In this document: positions 24,886-35,535 of the stretch, piece after piece
Numbering within the stretch: position 1 is the first letter of the stretch
Layout: each line of letters starts with the position of its first letter
Assembly (NCBI GenBank): GCA_003971905.1
Contig: RSEE01000050.1
Coordinates: 372,001-436,000 of the forward strand
Length of the DNA stretch: 64,000 nt
Direction: 5' to 3'
Source: Moniliella sp. 'wahieum'
Taxonomy: Eukaryota
Position numbers and translations under genes: made by a program
Notes under the pieces: model-generated
The model's database searches: none
Seen by the model: only the letters and a program-made list of their open reading frames with translations
Told to the model about the DNA's origin: nothing

Positions 24886-27097
24886 CTAGATGCGACGTAG
24901 CAGCCCCAAACTATATAACCACCCGTTGGTAGACCCGTATAGCCCTGCCACCTCTTTGCCGGCAAAAGAAAGGTGCGTTCCCCGCCTCCACCTCCCCCGT
25001 ACCAGTCGCTCTTGCGCCCACTTGTTAGTTCCAGCTGGAGAGCATCGATCCATGCTCCACTCCGCACATTGATGGCAGCGAGGTACTCACCCGGATGGAC
25101 TTCAAACCGGTAGGCTGTGCCTCCACCGCCTGAAAGCTCGCTCCAACGCGTGCCATCCGAGTATTCGACCTCCAGTCCATCCACATAGGCGCCTGCACGT
25201 ACAATGAACGCAGTCATTGAACAGCCGAGTAGCTGTTTTTAAAGACATGCAGACACTCTGGGCCAGCCATTTGGCCTGAGAAGGAGCCCTTGGCAAGTCC
25301 AAAGGGAACGTCGGCCAGATGAATGGGCACTGCAAAAGCTTGTGTGCGATAATTCTCAACTGTCGTCTGCCGTAGGTTGCAGGCCACGACGTTGATCCTC
25401 ACCGTGCGCGCCGAGGGATCAAGCACGTCGTATCCCACCAGCGATGACATCCACTTGGAATCGAGCAACAAGGACGACGGAGGGGCATGCCCCCCCTGCA
25501 GCCCCGTAAATTCGATATGCGTGGTCAAATCACCGTCCCCCCCCTCGCCTTGGGGCTTGGTATAGATCTCGATCGCACCAACTCCACAGGGAGCATTGAC
25601 CTCCAAACCGTTGACCCCAGCTTCATACGTGGGCTCGGCAGAGCACCAGAGGCGGTAAGCTTCGGGCCCGGCATTGGAGTTGTAAAAGGGAAGAGGCGGG
25701 TCCGTGGGAAGAGCTTGGGATGGATGCCAGCGTCCCCTCACCGCCTGCAGTCGGTGGAGGTAATTCATGCCACTGTCGTTTGCTGGGGTAATGGGGTTCA
25801 CGTTCTCTTCGCCTGGGGCGTGCCGCTGGGTGCGGGCACCCTCACAGGTCATAAACGCTCTGTTCCACTCAACGTACCCACGAAGCATGATTCCCCCCGG
25901 CCAATGGGGGTTATTGAACGCATGGCCCACTTCGTGCACAAACGCGCCCGAACCAATGTTGAGCGTCTCGAATGTACCCACATTCGCCTACATCATTAAC
26001 ACAAAACTGCTCATCCGTCCGTTCGTGACTTTGCATCGCTTCCGTTAGCTCATCAAGCCCATGTGGTGCGGCCCAGATCCAGTGACTCCCCATTACGCCA
26101 AACGATAGACCCCCCGGATCGGCGGACCCGACTGCCGCGTGACCACGGAGCAGAGGAATAGAAGGATCCCAGTGCGTGTCAAGCACCAGAACTGCGATCG
26201 GGCCTTTGGTGGCCTGCCTAATGGCCTGGGGCACTGAGGCGAAGAAAGGCTTCGTAGGCGAAGGTGTGCATTGCCCCATCATTCTTGGCATTGGGGTTCT
26301 GCTGAGCATTGTCGGGGTCGAGGAACTCGGCCACCGAATGGTCGGAGACAAGCACGTGCACGGTGGGGTACTCACTCACCTCACGCTGCCGGTGACCCAT
26401 CTTGGGTTGATCGTCGCCGTCGTTGTCATCAAGGGCAAACGTGCGCCGGCCCAGGCCCTGACGGTGCATCTGCTCCCCTTGAAACGCCTGCCACAGGTAT
26501 GCCTGCAGAGCAAAGCGGCGCTTAACTTCGTTCATTGAGCGCAGACGGTTTGCCTGTTCTCCCGGAGGCGCATCTACCAAGGCGCGTGAGGGTGTCCCGG
26601 CGCTGGTGGGCTAGCGAGCTTGCGTCCCAACTGGCTCAACAAGCCTGAATGAGACGACGTTGGAGCCTCATCCGGGGCGCGGAGGGAAGGACTGTCCTTG
26701 GCGACTAGTATTGCGAGATGAAGCGGTGGAGTTCCACGGTCGTCGCGCTGGTACCAAATGCTGAAGGGCAGCTGGGCAACGCTTCGCTCATGCTGTTGCC
26801 ACGCTCGGCCGTCATAGTGCAGAATCTGGAAGCGTGGGTGTACTCTCCGTTAAACAACTGAAGAGTCAGTTCATTCGGGCCGGGAGAGAGCGGGACAATC
26901 GCCTTGAAGTGCCCATGATTGATTTGCCAGACAAGTGGGTCATATTTGCCGTCGGCAGCGGCGACCAGAAGCGTGCCCCGAGGGGCAGTATAGTTCTCTA
27001 CTACACCTTGAAGAATCAGTACACGCTGGTATACTGTTTCCCGGTTCGCCACATTCTGCACCACAATCTGCGGCGCTGCGTTCTTGGAGCCAAACAT
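24886..27097 (-). CDS. Putative zinc metalloprotease with C-terminal jacalin-like lectin domain (YIL108W-like)
   Basis: FKAIVPLSPGPNEL; AYLWQAF.GEQM.R.GLGRRTF; VLDTHWDP..LRGHAAVG; FVHEVGHAFNNPH..GIMLRGY (HExxH); jacalin VRSGAWIDALQ..SGRKSDWYGG. Confidence 0.88.
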
Positions 27098-27271
27098 GTT
27101 GTCTAGAGTTGAAGGTCGAACGGCGAGGGAAGAACACGAGTCCTTCGCAGTTCAGGCCGTTCAAGATGCTCATGTTATGTATGTAGTACATATGGCCGGG
27201 TGACTTGCCGTGCGATCTTGGTGTTGGGTGGCCGCGGTGGCCGTGGCCCGTGTCAGGCCTCAGGGTAGGCG

Positions 27272-27607
27272 TGTGACATGTGACGTGACATGTGACATGC
27301 ATCATTGAATCGTGTGACGCGTGCCGTGTGATAACACGTCGCGGTGGTCGTGCTCTCAGATCAGAGATCTCATGTACCATTGCACCTTCCGGTATATGCG
27401 GCCTGCGCCTTGTGAGTTCCCGAGTCGCGCAGCGTGTGGTCCATCCTCCTCCACGGTCGGCTCTCGTTGAGAATATGGGGGTCACATGGATGGAAGAGAG
27501 TGCGCAAGGGTCAATGACCACGACCGCATGTCACACCCCCTTCTCATCTCGATCTCATCCAACTGTCTCTTCAAGCTTCACTAGCTTCACTAGCTTCACT
27601 AGCTTCA
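27272..27607. promoter_or_regulatory. (TGACATG)n array and (TTCACTAGC)n repeat upstream of the metalloprotease gene
   Basis: tgacatgtgacgtgacatgtgacatgcatca (27274-27304); tcaagcttcactagcttcactagcttcactagcttca (27572-27607). Confidence 0.55.
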
Positions 27608-28962
27608 CTTTTGGGTTATTGGGTGCCAGGGTAAAAAGCCATATGATGTGCTCAAACGATGTCGATGACACGCATGTGACATCCGACCACACCTGCAGTT
27701 GCTAGTTGCTGCGCGATGATTGATGAACGGGGGGGGCACAGGGTACAGAGTTGGAGACCAATGTGAACCTCTGTTTTTCGGTGAGCTCGAAAGGCACTCA
27801 AGTGGCTGCGGACATACAGGAAAGCTCAGTGCTCAGTCTGAGCGCGGCTCAGCTCAGTACCCACAGTGGAGTTATTGAACGTTTCCCATGTATTCCCTTT
27901 TCCTATCAGTGTATCAATATCCAATTGATAACCCACGGAAAGGGGCCGGTGAGGGGCCGGGTGACGCTCCTCCCGTGCCTCTCTCTGTTCCCGCCCCCCC
28001 CCCCGCTGCCCTCGCTCCTTTTTTGTTTTGCCATTCGCGCTGCCCCCCCCTTGCCCCTTTGCCCCCTTTTCGTTGTGCGCGCAACACACCCGCACACCCG
28101 CCCCGTAGACGCACAGGCCGGTTCACGTAGCTGTCCATCCGCAGCGCGACGACAGTCCAAAAGATTGAAGGATCCACAGAGTATGCCAAACAAGGGCAAC
28201 GTGCGCTACTGCCATCATTGTGGACGTTGCAGGGATGTTGATGGACGACAACCGAGGGGAGAGAGACAGAGTCCCTAGCCCATAGCGGTGATGCCAGGAG
28301 CCCATAGGCCATCATGCATCACTTCCGTCCAGCAGATGCTGCGACCCATATTGGCTCTTGTTTTGCCTGGGAAAGCGGGACCACATCTACAAACGTGTGC
28401 CTGATGTGCGGCGGAGACCCTCTTGGTGTCCAGACCCACTCTTGTGAATCGTAAAAAAGGGGGCTCTGTCCCGGCTTGTGCCGTGCACCTCGGCTGTGTG
28501 GGCCTCTGGCCGTGTAAGACGGTAAAAAACACAACGCACATCGACGTAACGCGTAACGTAACATCAGTTTTGTTGGAGGATTCCATAGCCCGTTCGGCTG
28601 TGTCATCCGGGCGTGCCTCTCTGTCGTCGACTGGATCTGACAAGCGCTCCTACAGTCCTCTAGGCCATTCTATCAAAAGCGTCAACCCCTGAACCAGATC
28701 CCTTATTTCCCCTTTTCTTGTCCACCCACAAACAGACAGCATGTTGATGCGCCGCACACAGTGCACCCACTTCTCAAAAATTGAGTATTACTTAGTAGCG
28801 CTGCTCCCCACCGACGCGTCCTATATCCTCCACATATATAGCCCACTGTCCTTTTCAGTGTAGATGCCCATACGGTAACCTCCTCTTTTCGCTCCCTCGC
28901 CTCCTCTTCTCGCTCCGTCTCCTCCGCCCATTGCGCCTCTCTTCCCTCCCCATACCACCAGC

Positions 28963-29353
28963 ATGACAACCCTCCCTGCTTCCAACTCCACCACTCCATC
29001 CCCCCGGATGGGCCTCACCGCTTCCCCCTCCTCCTCTTTCTCCCCGCTTCGGCCTCTTCCGCCTCTTCATCCTCAATCACATCGCCCCCTAGCAGCATTA
29101 TGCTCGCCCCGCCCCACTCGCCCGTCGCCACCTCCCTCCTGCGCGCCACCCTGACATGCACCCCCCGCACCTGCACCGGCCCTTACATCGGATGGTAAGC
29201 CCCCCCCTCCGCCATGCGCACCTGTACGCGCCCCACGCCCAGCTAACGCAATGCTTCTTCCCCTTGATCGCACAGGTCAAGCAATCGAATCAAGAACATG
29301 CAATGTTCGCAGTGCGACGTGTTTTGCCAGTTGGCCTACCGCCGTCAGAATGA
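28963..29353 (+). CDS. Small spliced hypothetical protein (38 aa from ATG 29156, or about 100 aa from ATG 28963 if frameshifted)
   Basis: Canonical intron GTAAGC (29195)...GCTAAC...CACAG (29275) joins MHPPHLHRPLHRM to VKQSNQEHAMFAVRRVLPVGLPPSE*. Confidence 0.5.
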
Positions 29354-30261
29354 ATTCGCGCAGCGTACTGCTCCACCTGCTGGAACGCGCGGCGATCTTC
29401 CTTGCCTTCCTTGCTTTAACGCCTTTACCACCTCTCATCTACGGCTGTGGTGGCTCTACACCCTCCCCTCCGCCGCTTCCGCCGCCTACTATCTATATAC
29501 CTCACCACACAGACGTGTTGTTTTGTATTGTTTTGTTTGGTTCCACACTTGTTGTCCATATCCGCCTCCTCCCCTCCTCCTGCCTCCTCGTACGTTGTTT
29601 CAATAAGCATATCCTTGTTGAGGGCCCACAGGCCCTATTGTTGTTCCTCCTCAACACTTGCCCCATCCATCGAGAGCTCGTTGCGCTCCCAGCCTCAGTG
29701 CACCCTGCTGTCGCTTGCCCGCTCCCAGGCCAAAGTACCTCAGTATTGTACCGCGCCCACCCATTGACCCACGAACTCAGCCCAAGTGCTGCTGCCTCAG
29801 CTCTCCTCTCGTCGTAGGTACCGGGTTAAGACGGGCGGGGCATGACACTACGCTGTACCTCCTCCCCGGCTCACCTCGCAGAGATGTGATGGACGTCGCG
29901 GAACCCATCTCTGGTCTCTCGTGCACTCCTCCAGCTGTTGATTCACAAGATTGCATTTGCCATTGGAGTGCATTGTGAGGTTTCCCCTTCCCCTCTACTC
30001 CTAGAGTGATGAGCGAGAGAGATAGAGAGAAGGAAAGGACAAGGCACAGTTACTCTGCTACCCATGGCGTACGAGAGCAACAGACTGAGGACAAAGAGCA
30101 AAAGGCGAAATGGCAGAGCGGCGTGGCCAACCCAACGGGTGTGGTGGCCGGGAACCAAGCTACTCTTCGAGCGCAGCAGAACGGTAGGGCTGCAATATGG
30201 AGAGTGCACCGTCTTGATGGGGAAGCGGTCCCAGTTGGGACAGAGACCTTCAATGTACGTG

Positions 30262-30550
30262 CCCGCTACAATGATGAAGGGAGCAGTGTGTATGTTGCAA
30301 TATGGCTGCCGTAGCTACCACCTCTCCACCCGCCTCGATCCCCTTGGCGCCATGGGCCAAGAAAATTCCCACCGACTGAGCAATAGTAGGTTGCTCATCT
30401 TTCCCATCCACGCGTATAAAAACTGGCATCCGGATGAGCAGCGTATCGATCCCCGCCTTGGCTCTAGGTTGGACGCCGTGCTGTGGCGCCCCCATATGCC
30501 CGGGGCACCTTCCAGTACCAGAAGGGAAAAGTGCGGTGTTTGGCTGCCGT
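30262..30550 (+). pseudogene. Degenerate Ulp1-like (peptidase C48) fragment, probably transposon-derived
   Basis: Collinear motifs in shifting frames: YNDEG..VY, WAKKI, LLIFPIH...W, CGVW, compared with Ulp1 LNDE..NFY / WTKK / IPIH...HW / CGVF. Confidence 0.4.
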
Positions 30551-30762
30551 TGAGGAGTGCTTCCACCACCGACGACTGAGGATTATGAGATGTGAGTTCG
30601 CTTCAGCACACCGGACGGCTCTGTCTTGCGCTGTGCGGATAAGCGAAGTGAGGGGGGTGGGTTTCCCACAGAGTGCACCTGCTGTTTAGCCAGCTTGGAG
30701 ATGTTTTGGACTTGGTCAATTCTCCACCTCGCCATCTTTTCCTGCATCAAACTGTGGAGCTA

Positions 30763-30969
30763 GATGCAATTGCACTTGTGGTAGTGGTGGTCTAACAGCC
30801 AACCAGCAACACCTACTACAGAGGAACATCAAAAGCACTGGGGGAGTCGTCACCAGGGGCTAAGCTGCGGAACAAAGACAAACAGGAGAGAAAATACAAC
30901 AGAATTCCTAGGCCTGAGGAACGACTGAAGGGGCTTGGGCCCAAGCACGAGCGCCCCGGTGGCCCAACA
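30763..30969 (+). repeat. Repeat family B copy 1
   Basis: Direct repeat of 62065-62252 (GTGGTGGTCTAA, GCCAACCAGCAAC, CACCAGGGGCTAAGCTGCGGAACAA, AGGCCTGAG, ACTGAAGGG, AAGCACGAGC). Confidence 0.88.
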
Positions 30970-31454
30970 GGACTGATGAAAGGGAGGTGGAGACGCCAAT
31001 GAATCTTTTGGGAAAGCTACTCAAAAGATGCGTATAGGGACGTTGGTGGCCGCTTTGGCCACGCCGGACATAACCAGCCCGTTCCGGTCCGATCGGCCTG
31101 ATAGTGACTAGTGACTACGCTTCCGCGGCATTTGGGGGGCGGACGAAAGCGGAGGCCCGCGTATAACCTGTAACACTAGTAGGGAGAGTTGGTCGCTCAC
31201 AGAGGGAGACGAAGGCTTGAGTGGAAGTGGTTTCGGTCGGTAGCACCGGAGTCCACAGCAAGGCGCAGCCGGGGATAAGCACGCCAGGGAGCCACAGTGC
31301 TATACGATGGCGGTCACCGGTCACCGGTCACCCTGCCTGCTCCACGTCATCACCCGCAAATAAACATATCAGCGCTCGGATGACTGCCGAAGGAATGCAG
31401 ATCTCGCCTCTTAGCTGCCCCCACAACTTCCACCACCACGCCCCTCTCCACACC

Positions 31455-32044
31455 ATGTCGCTCGCTGTTTCTCTTCCCAAGACTATGGTTTCGTCGCCAT
31501 CGCCGTCGCTGCCTCCTCCTTGTTGACTTTTTGGCAATGCACCGTCGTCGGAAAAGCCCGCAAGGCTGCCGGCGTGCCCTACCCCTACACCATGGCCGAG
31601 AGGAGCGTGGCTGAGGCCGATCCCAAGGCCAACATCTTCAATTGCGCCCAGCGTGCTGTATGTATCCGTCTCTTGTGGACACCCCTTCTGTTTGCTAACC
31701 TCCTCCTGTTCTACCTGAACATGTAGCACCAGAACACGCTCGAAAACGTATGTCCTCGTCCTTATCCTACCGGGGAATGATCATCCTTCCTTGTATTGTA
31801 ACTGACACGCTTCTTCGTCCAGTACCCTTCTGTCTTGGCCACGACCATCATCTCGGGCCTGGTTCACCCACGTATCGCGGCTGCTGCTGCCTTTGTTTGG
31901 ATTGTTGGTCGCGTGGCCTACACACTTGGGTATAGCACTGGCAAGCCCGCTGGCCGCTACCACGGCTTCGTCATTTCTACACTCGGCCAGTTCGCTTTGA
32001 CTGGCACTACGGTGTACGCGGGCTACGAGCTCTTGACTGCTTAA
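31455..32044 (+). CDS. MGST3: MAPEG family microsomal glutathione S-transferase 3-like
   Basis: VGKARKAAGVPYP...FNCAQRA-HQNTLEN...GLVHPR..AA...WIVGRVAYTLGYSTG.P..R. Two introns; (TCACCGG)3 array at 31314-31331 upstream. Confidence 0.92.
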
Positions 32045-32572
32045 GCTTGCGCTTGCGGCAAGATCCTTTTATCTCTTGTCCACACTTCCCCTGCCCACTT
32101 CAGATGGCTTAGCTCCTTACCTTCCCCCCTTTTTTTACTCACCGCTCGTGTCAACGTACAGTAGTACCCAAACTGTAACCTTCCATGACGGACCTCTACA
32201 CCGTCAGGACACTAGGTTCATGACCATACACCCATGAGTTGGCCATAGATCCAGGGCATTGCCTTGACCGTATCTGCCGCGAATGGTTTCTCCGCTATTG
32301 GCCCTCACGCCTCACTATATAACTGCCAGTCTCCATACTCTTCAGCACCTACATTCCGGCCAACGTGTACACTAAGGCAGTCGCAAGACTAGCATCTCAT
32401 GGTCTGGATGACATTCCAGCCCCCATCTAAGGCGACGGGCCCAAACCCCGACTGCAACGAAGCAACACAATTGCTGTTTGGCACCATTCCTGGAAAGGGC
32501 TTTGTTGAGCGCCAGGCTGGCCAAACGTTCAAGATGAATCTTGAGATTAGGACAACGGGTACAATGAATTGC

Positions 32573-32990
32573 TTACTGCATGCGCCAGAGCGTCGACTGT
32601 GAGTCGACGGCATGAAACTCTGGCGGGGCCTCGGGGTCTGTCTGCAAAGAGTCACAGGGGTTAGTGTCTGTCCAGTCGGTAACAGCAGAGGGAGGGTGGG
32701 GAGCGGGGACGCGGAGTCGCAGTCATGAACGTACCCGTTGACCTCGATATGTGTTTGTCAGGCTCCGGTCTCGACTCATCATGATGTCGATCCACTTGTC
32801 ATGCTTGATGCGCGGGTTCTGCAAGAGGGAAAAGCGGTTACGAGTTAGACGGCGCATGATGGTGCAGGGGAGACAACACATACCTTGCCTTCGTTGGCAA
32901 ACCGGGCTCCTTGGTACTGGGCCTGGCCCCAGACACCATAGAAGGCAAGGATGATGCCGCAAGGCAGGAGAGCGTCCAGGGAACAGGCAT
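32573..32990 (-). CDS. NDUFA1: Complex I MWFE subunit (NDUFA1/NIMM)
   Basis: MPVPW(D)ALLPCGIILAFYGV...NEGK-intron-NPRIKHDKWIDIMMSRDRSLTNTYRGQR-intron-TDPEAPPEF matches the fungal MWFE pattern (MM.RD..LT...RGQ.D.P.AP..F). Confidence 0.85.
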
Positions 32991-33208
32991 GCTTGGTCGT
33001 CGTGCAGCGGCTGGTGGTCGACAGAACGAGGCGGTCCCCCACCAGCAGGACTGGGATTACTAACGCTCCCCGCTCGGTGCAACCCATCAAACATCGCCTT
33101 CCGCTTGGGCGGAATAACATCCCCGGCCGGAAGCGGAACCAGATTCGGGCTTGCATTTCAATCTCTCAACCATCTACGCCCCCCCCCCCCCCCACCACCA
33201 CCGTCGCT

Positions 33209-34451
33209 ATGTCCACCCTGGCCGGCGCGTACCCTGCCTCGGCGCTTGTCAAACGCGCCCGCGTCGATGACGACCCCGAGGATGCACCTGCCTCCAAGCA
33301 GATGGCGCTCACCACCGCCCAGGGTGGCAAGGCTAAGGGCCCCGTCCACACGGTCAAGCGGCTGAGCCATCTGCAGGCACCTATTGTGTCCCTCACGGAG
33401 GCCATTCAGTATGTTGCGATTTGGGGCCATACTGGTTTTGTAGGTATTGTACTAACCTCTTTTGCTCCTCAGGCCGAGATTCTTGATTGCAAATTTTCTC
33501 CCGATGGCCAATTCATTGCTGCCGCTGGCGGGGATCACTTCATCTGTGAGCAGCATTCATCCCTCCCCTCATTTGCGGAAGAGACAGCCACTAACCACGC
33601 CTACCATTAGCACTATGGGAGACGTTTGGCGAAAATCGCAATATTGGTCGTTTGCAAGGCCACAAAGGCGGTCACTGCCTGTGTTGGTCGCCTACGGCGC
33701 CAAGGTTACAACCCCGTCTCTACAGTGCCTCTGCCGACTCAACAATCATTGTGTGGAACGGGGCGACGGGGGAGAAGGTGCGCCGTCTGCGCTCGCACAA
33801 GGACGTGGTCAATTGTGTGGCGTGCACCCGAGGGCTGGACCGGGAACTGCTTGTGTCGGGGGGCAACGATGGGTGGGTGCTTGTGTGGGATCCCGAGGGG
33901 GAGCGATGGCCATTGGAACGCATTCGTGTTGGCTACCCGGTTACCTCGGTCGAGTTTTCGAACGATGGAATGCAAGTCTATGTTTCGGGTGTAGACAACG
34001 AAGTGCACGCCTACGATCTGAGTCGCAAGCTCATCAGTTTCAATCTGCAAGGCCATACCGACACCATCCTCTCTTCCTCCCTCAGCCCCAATGGCTCCTT
34101 CCTCGCCACGTATTCGCTCGACTCGACGGTGCGGATCTGGTGTGCGTCCTTTTGTCCCAGAACCTGCAGCGGGTCACGTGGGCCCCCCGACTGGTCCGCT
34201 CGCTCGAAGGCGCTCCTGCTGGATTTGAGGGTCTGCTGATCCGCATTGCCTGGAGCGCCGACAACACCAAGATCAGCTGTGGCGGAGCGGATCGGACGTC
34301 CACGATCTGGGACGTAGAGAGCGGAAAGACACTGTACAAACTCCCTGGCCACAGAGGTACCTGCACCGCCGTCGCCTTCCACCCTGCTGAGCCCATCTTG
34401 CTGTCCAGCTCGACGGATATGACCATGTTCCTGGGTGAGGTGGAGCTGTGA
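33209..34451 (+). CDS. SNRNP40: U5 snRNP 40-kDa WD40 protein (Spf38/Cwf17)
   Basis: VKRLSHLQAPIVSLT, EILDCKFSPDGQ, LYSASADSTI.VW, GHTDTI..LSPNGS.L...DSTVRIW, LYKLPGHRG...V.FHP.EPI.LS.S.D.T.FLGE. Confidence 0.9.
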
Positions 34452-35535
34452 CATGTGATGGGTGAGATGCGAGGAGCGAGGAGCGAGGAGCTTGGGGGTT
34501 CAGCGTTGGAACATGGAAGCTTGAAGCTTGAATGCGTTGAGGCGAGGCGGGGTTGGGGGGCAGCCACGCTGTTGCCTGTAGAACTCAACGTTGCTGACGG
34601 TGGATGCACGCTCAACTTTGATGCATGATGCACAGCGATCGGTGATTGACCCGGGTGGCTGGTGAGATCGAGCTTGAGGTTGGTCTTCTGTATTGGCAAA
34701 ACTGCGCCAAAACGCCTTCTGGCTTCCTAGTACGAACGAAGTGCATGTCTGTCTGTACAAACACGTGAGCTCAGGCAGTGCCTGGCGAAGGACCGACAGG
34801 GACGCAGATGGGATGGGTGGGACAGCACGTGGCTTTGTGCAGGCCGCCATTCAATATTCAGTGGAAGGGTGGTGCTTGGCGCTGGAGTTGGAGCCTGCTG
34901 GGCGCTGGAGCTGGATCTGCGGGGAGCTGGTCTCATTAGCGCGTGGCAAGCCAATATGACGGGATGGGGGGACCGATGGGGATCAAGCTTCAAGTGGCTG
35001 AGTCTGGGGCTGTCCGCTGAGCCAGCCTGAGTACAGTGGCTGGGTGGCTTCGTTGCATGTTGACTGGTGGGCCCTGGCGCGACGTGGGAGGGCGGGGCGG
35101 GGCGGAGGGGCAGTGGCCGCGGGGTCGGAGGGAGGATGTTACGAGGACCGCTGCTGGCTCTTGTCGTGTGGGATGGATGATGGATGATGGATGAGGGTCA
35201 TCCATCCAGCGGAGCATCCGCCTGGCACAGCGCGTGCGTGGGGGCATGTGCGGGAGCGAGCAGGCTCAAAAGTGGAGCCTGGCTGGGAGCGAGCCCTTAG
35301 ACCAAGCGAGCGAGCTGCCTGCGCTCCATGCGCTCCATCCGTCCAGCTGCGGCAGACCGCCCGCGAGCACCAGCATGCAGCCTCCCCGCACCGCCGCCTC
35401 CGTCGCCCCGCTCCCCACCGGCCCCCATCACCTCCTCTTCCACCCGATACTTCTCCTTCTCCTTCTCCATCCCCTTTTCCGTCTCCTCCCCGCGTCCAGC
35501 CCCGTGTATCTGCGGCCGCGGTTCATCTCGCCATC

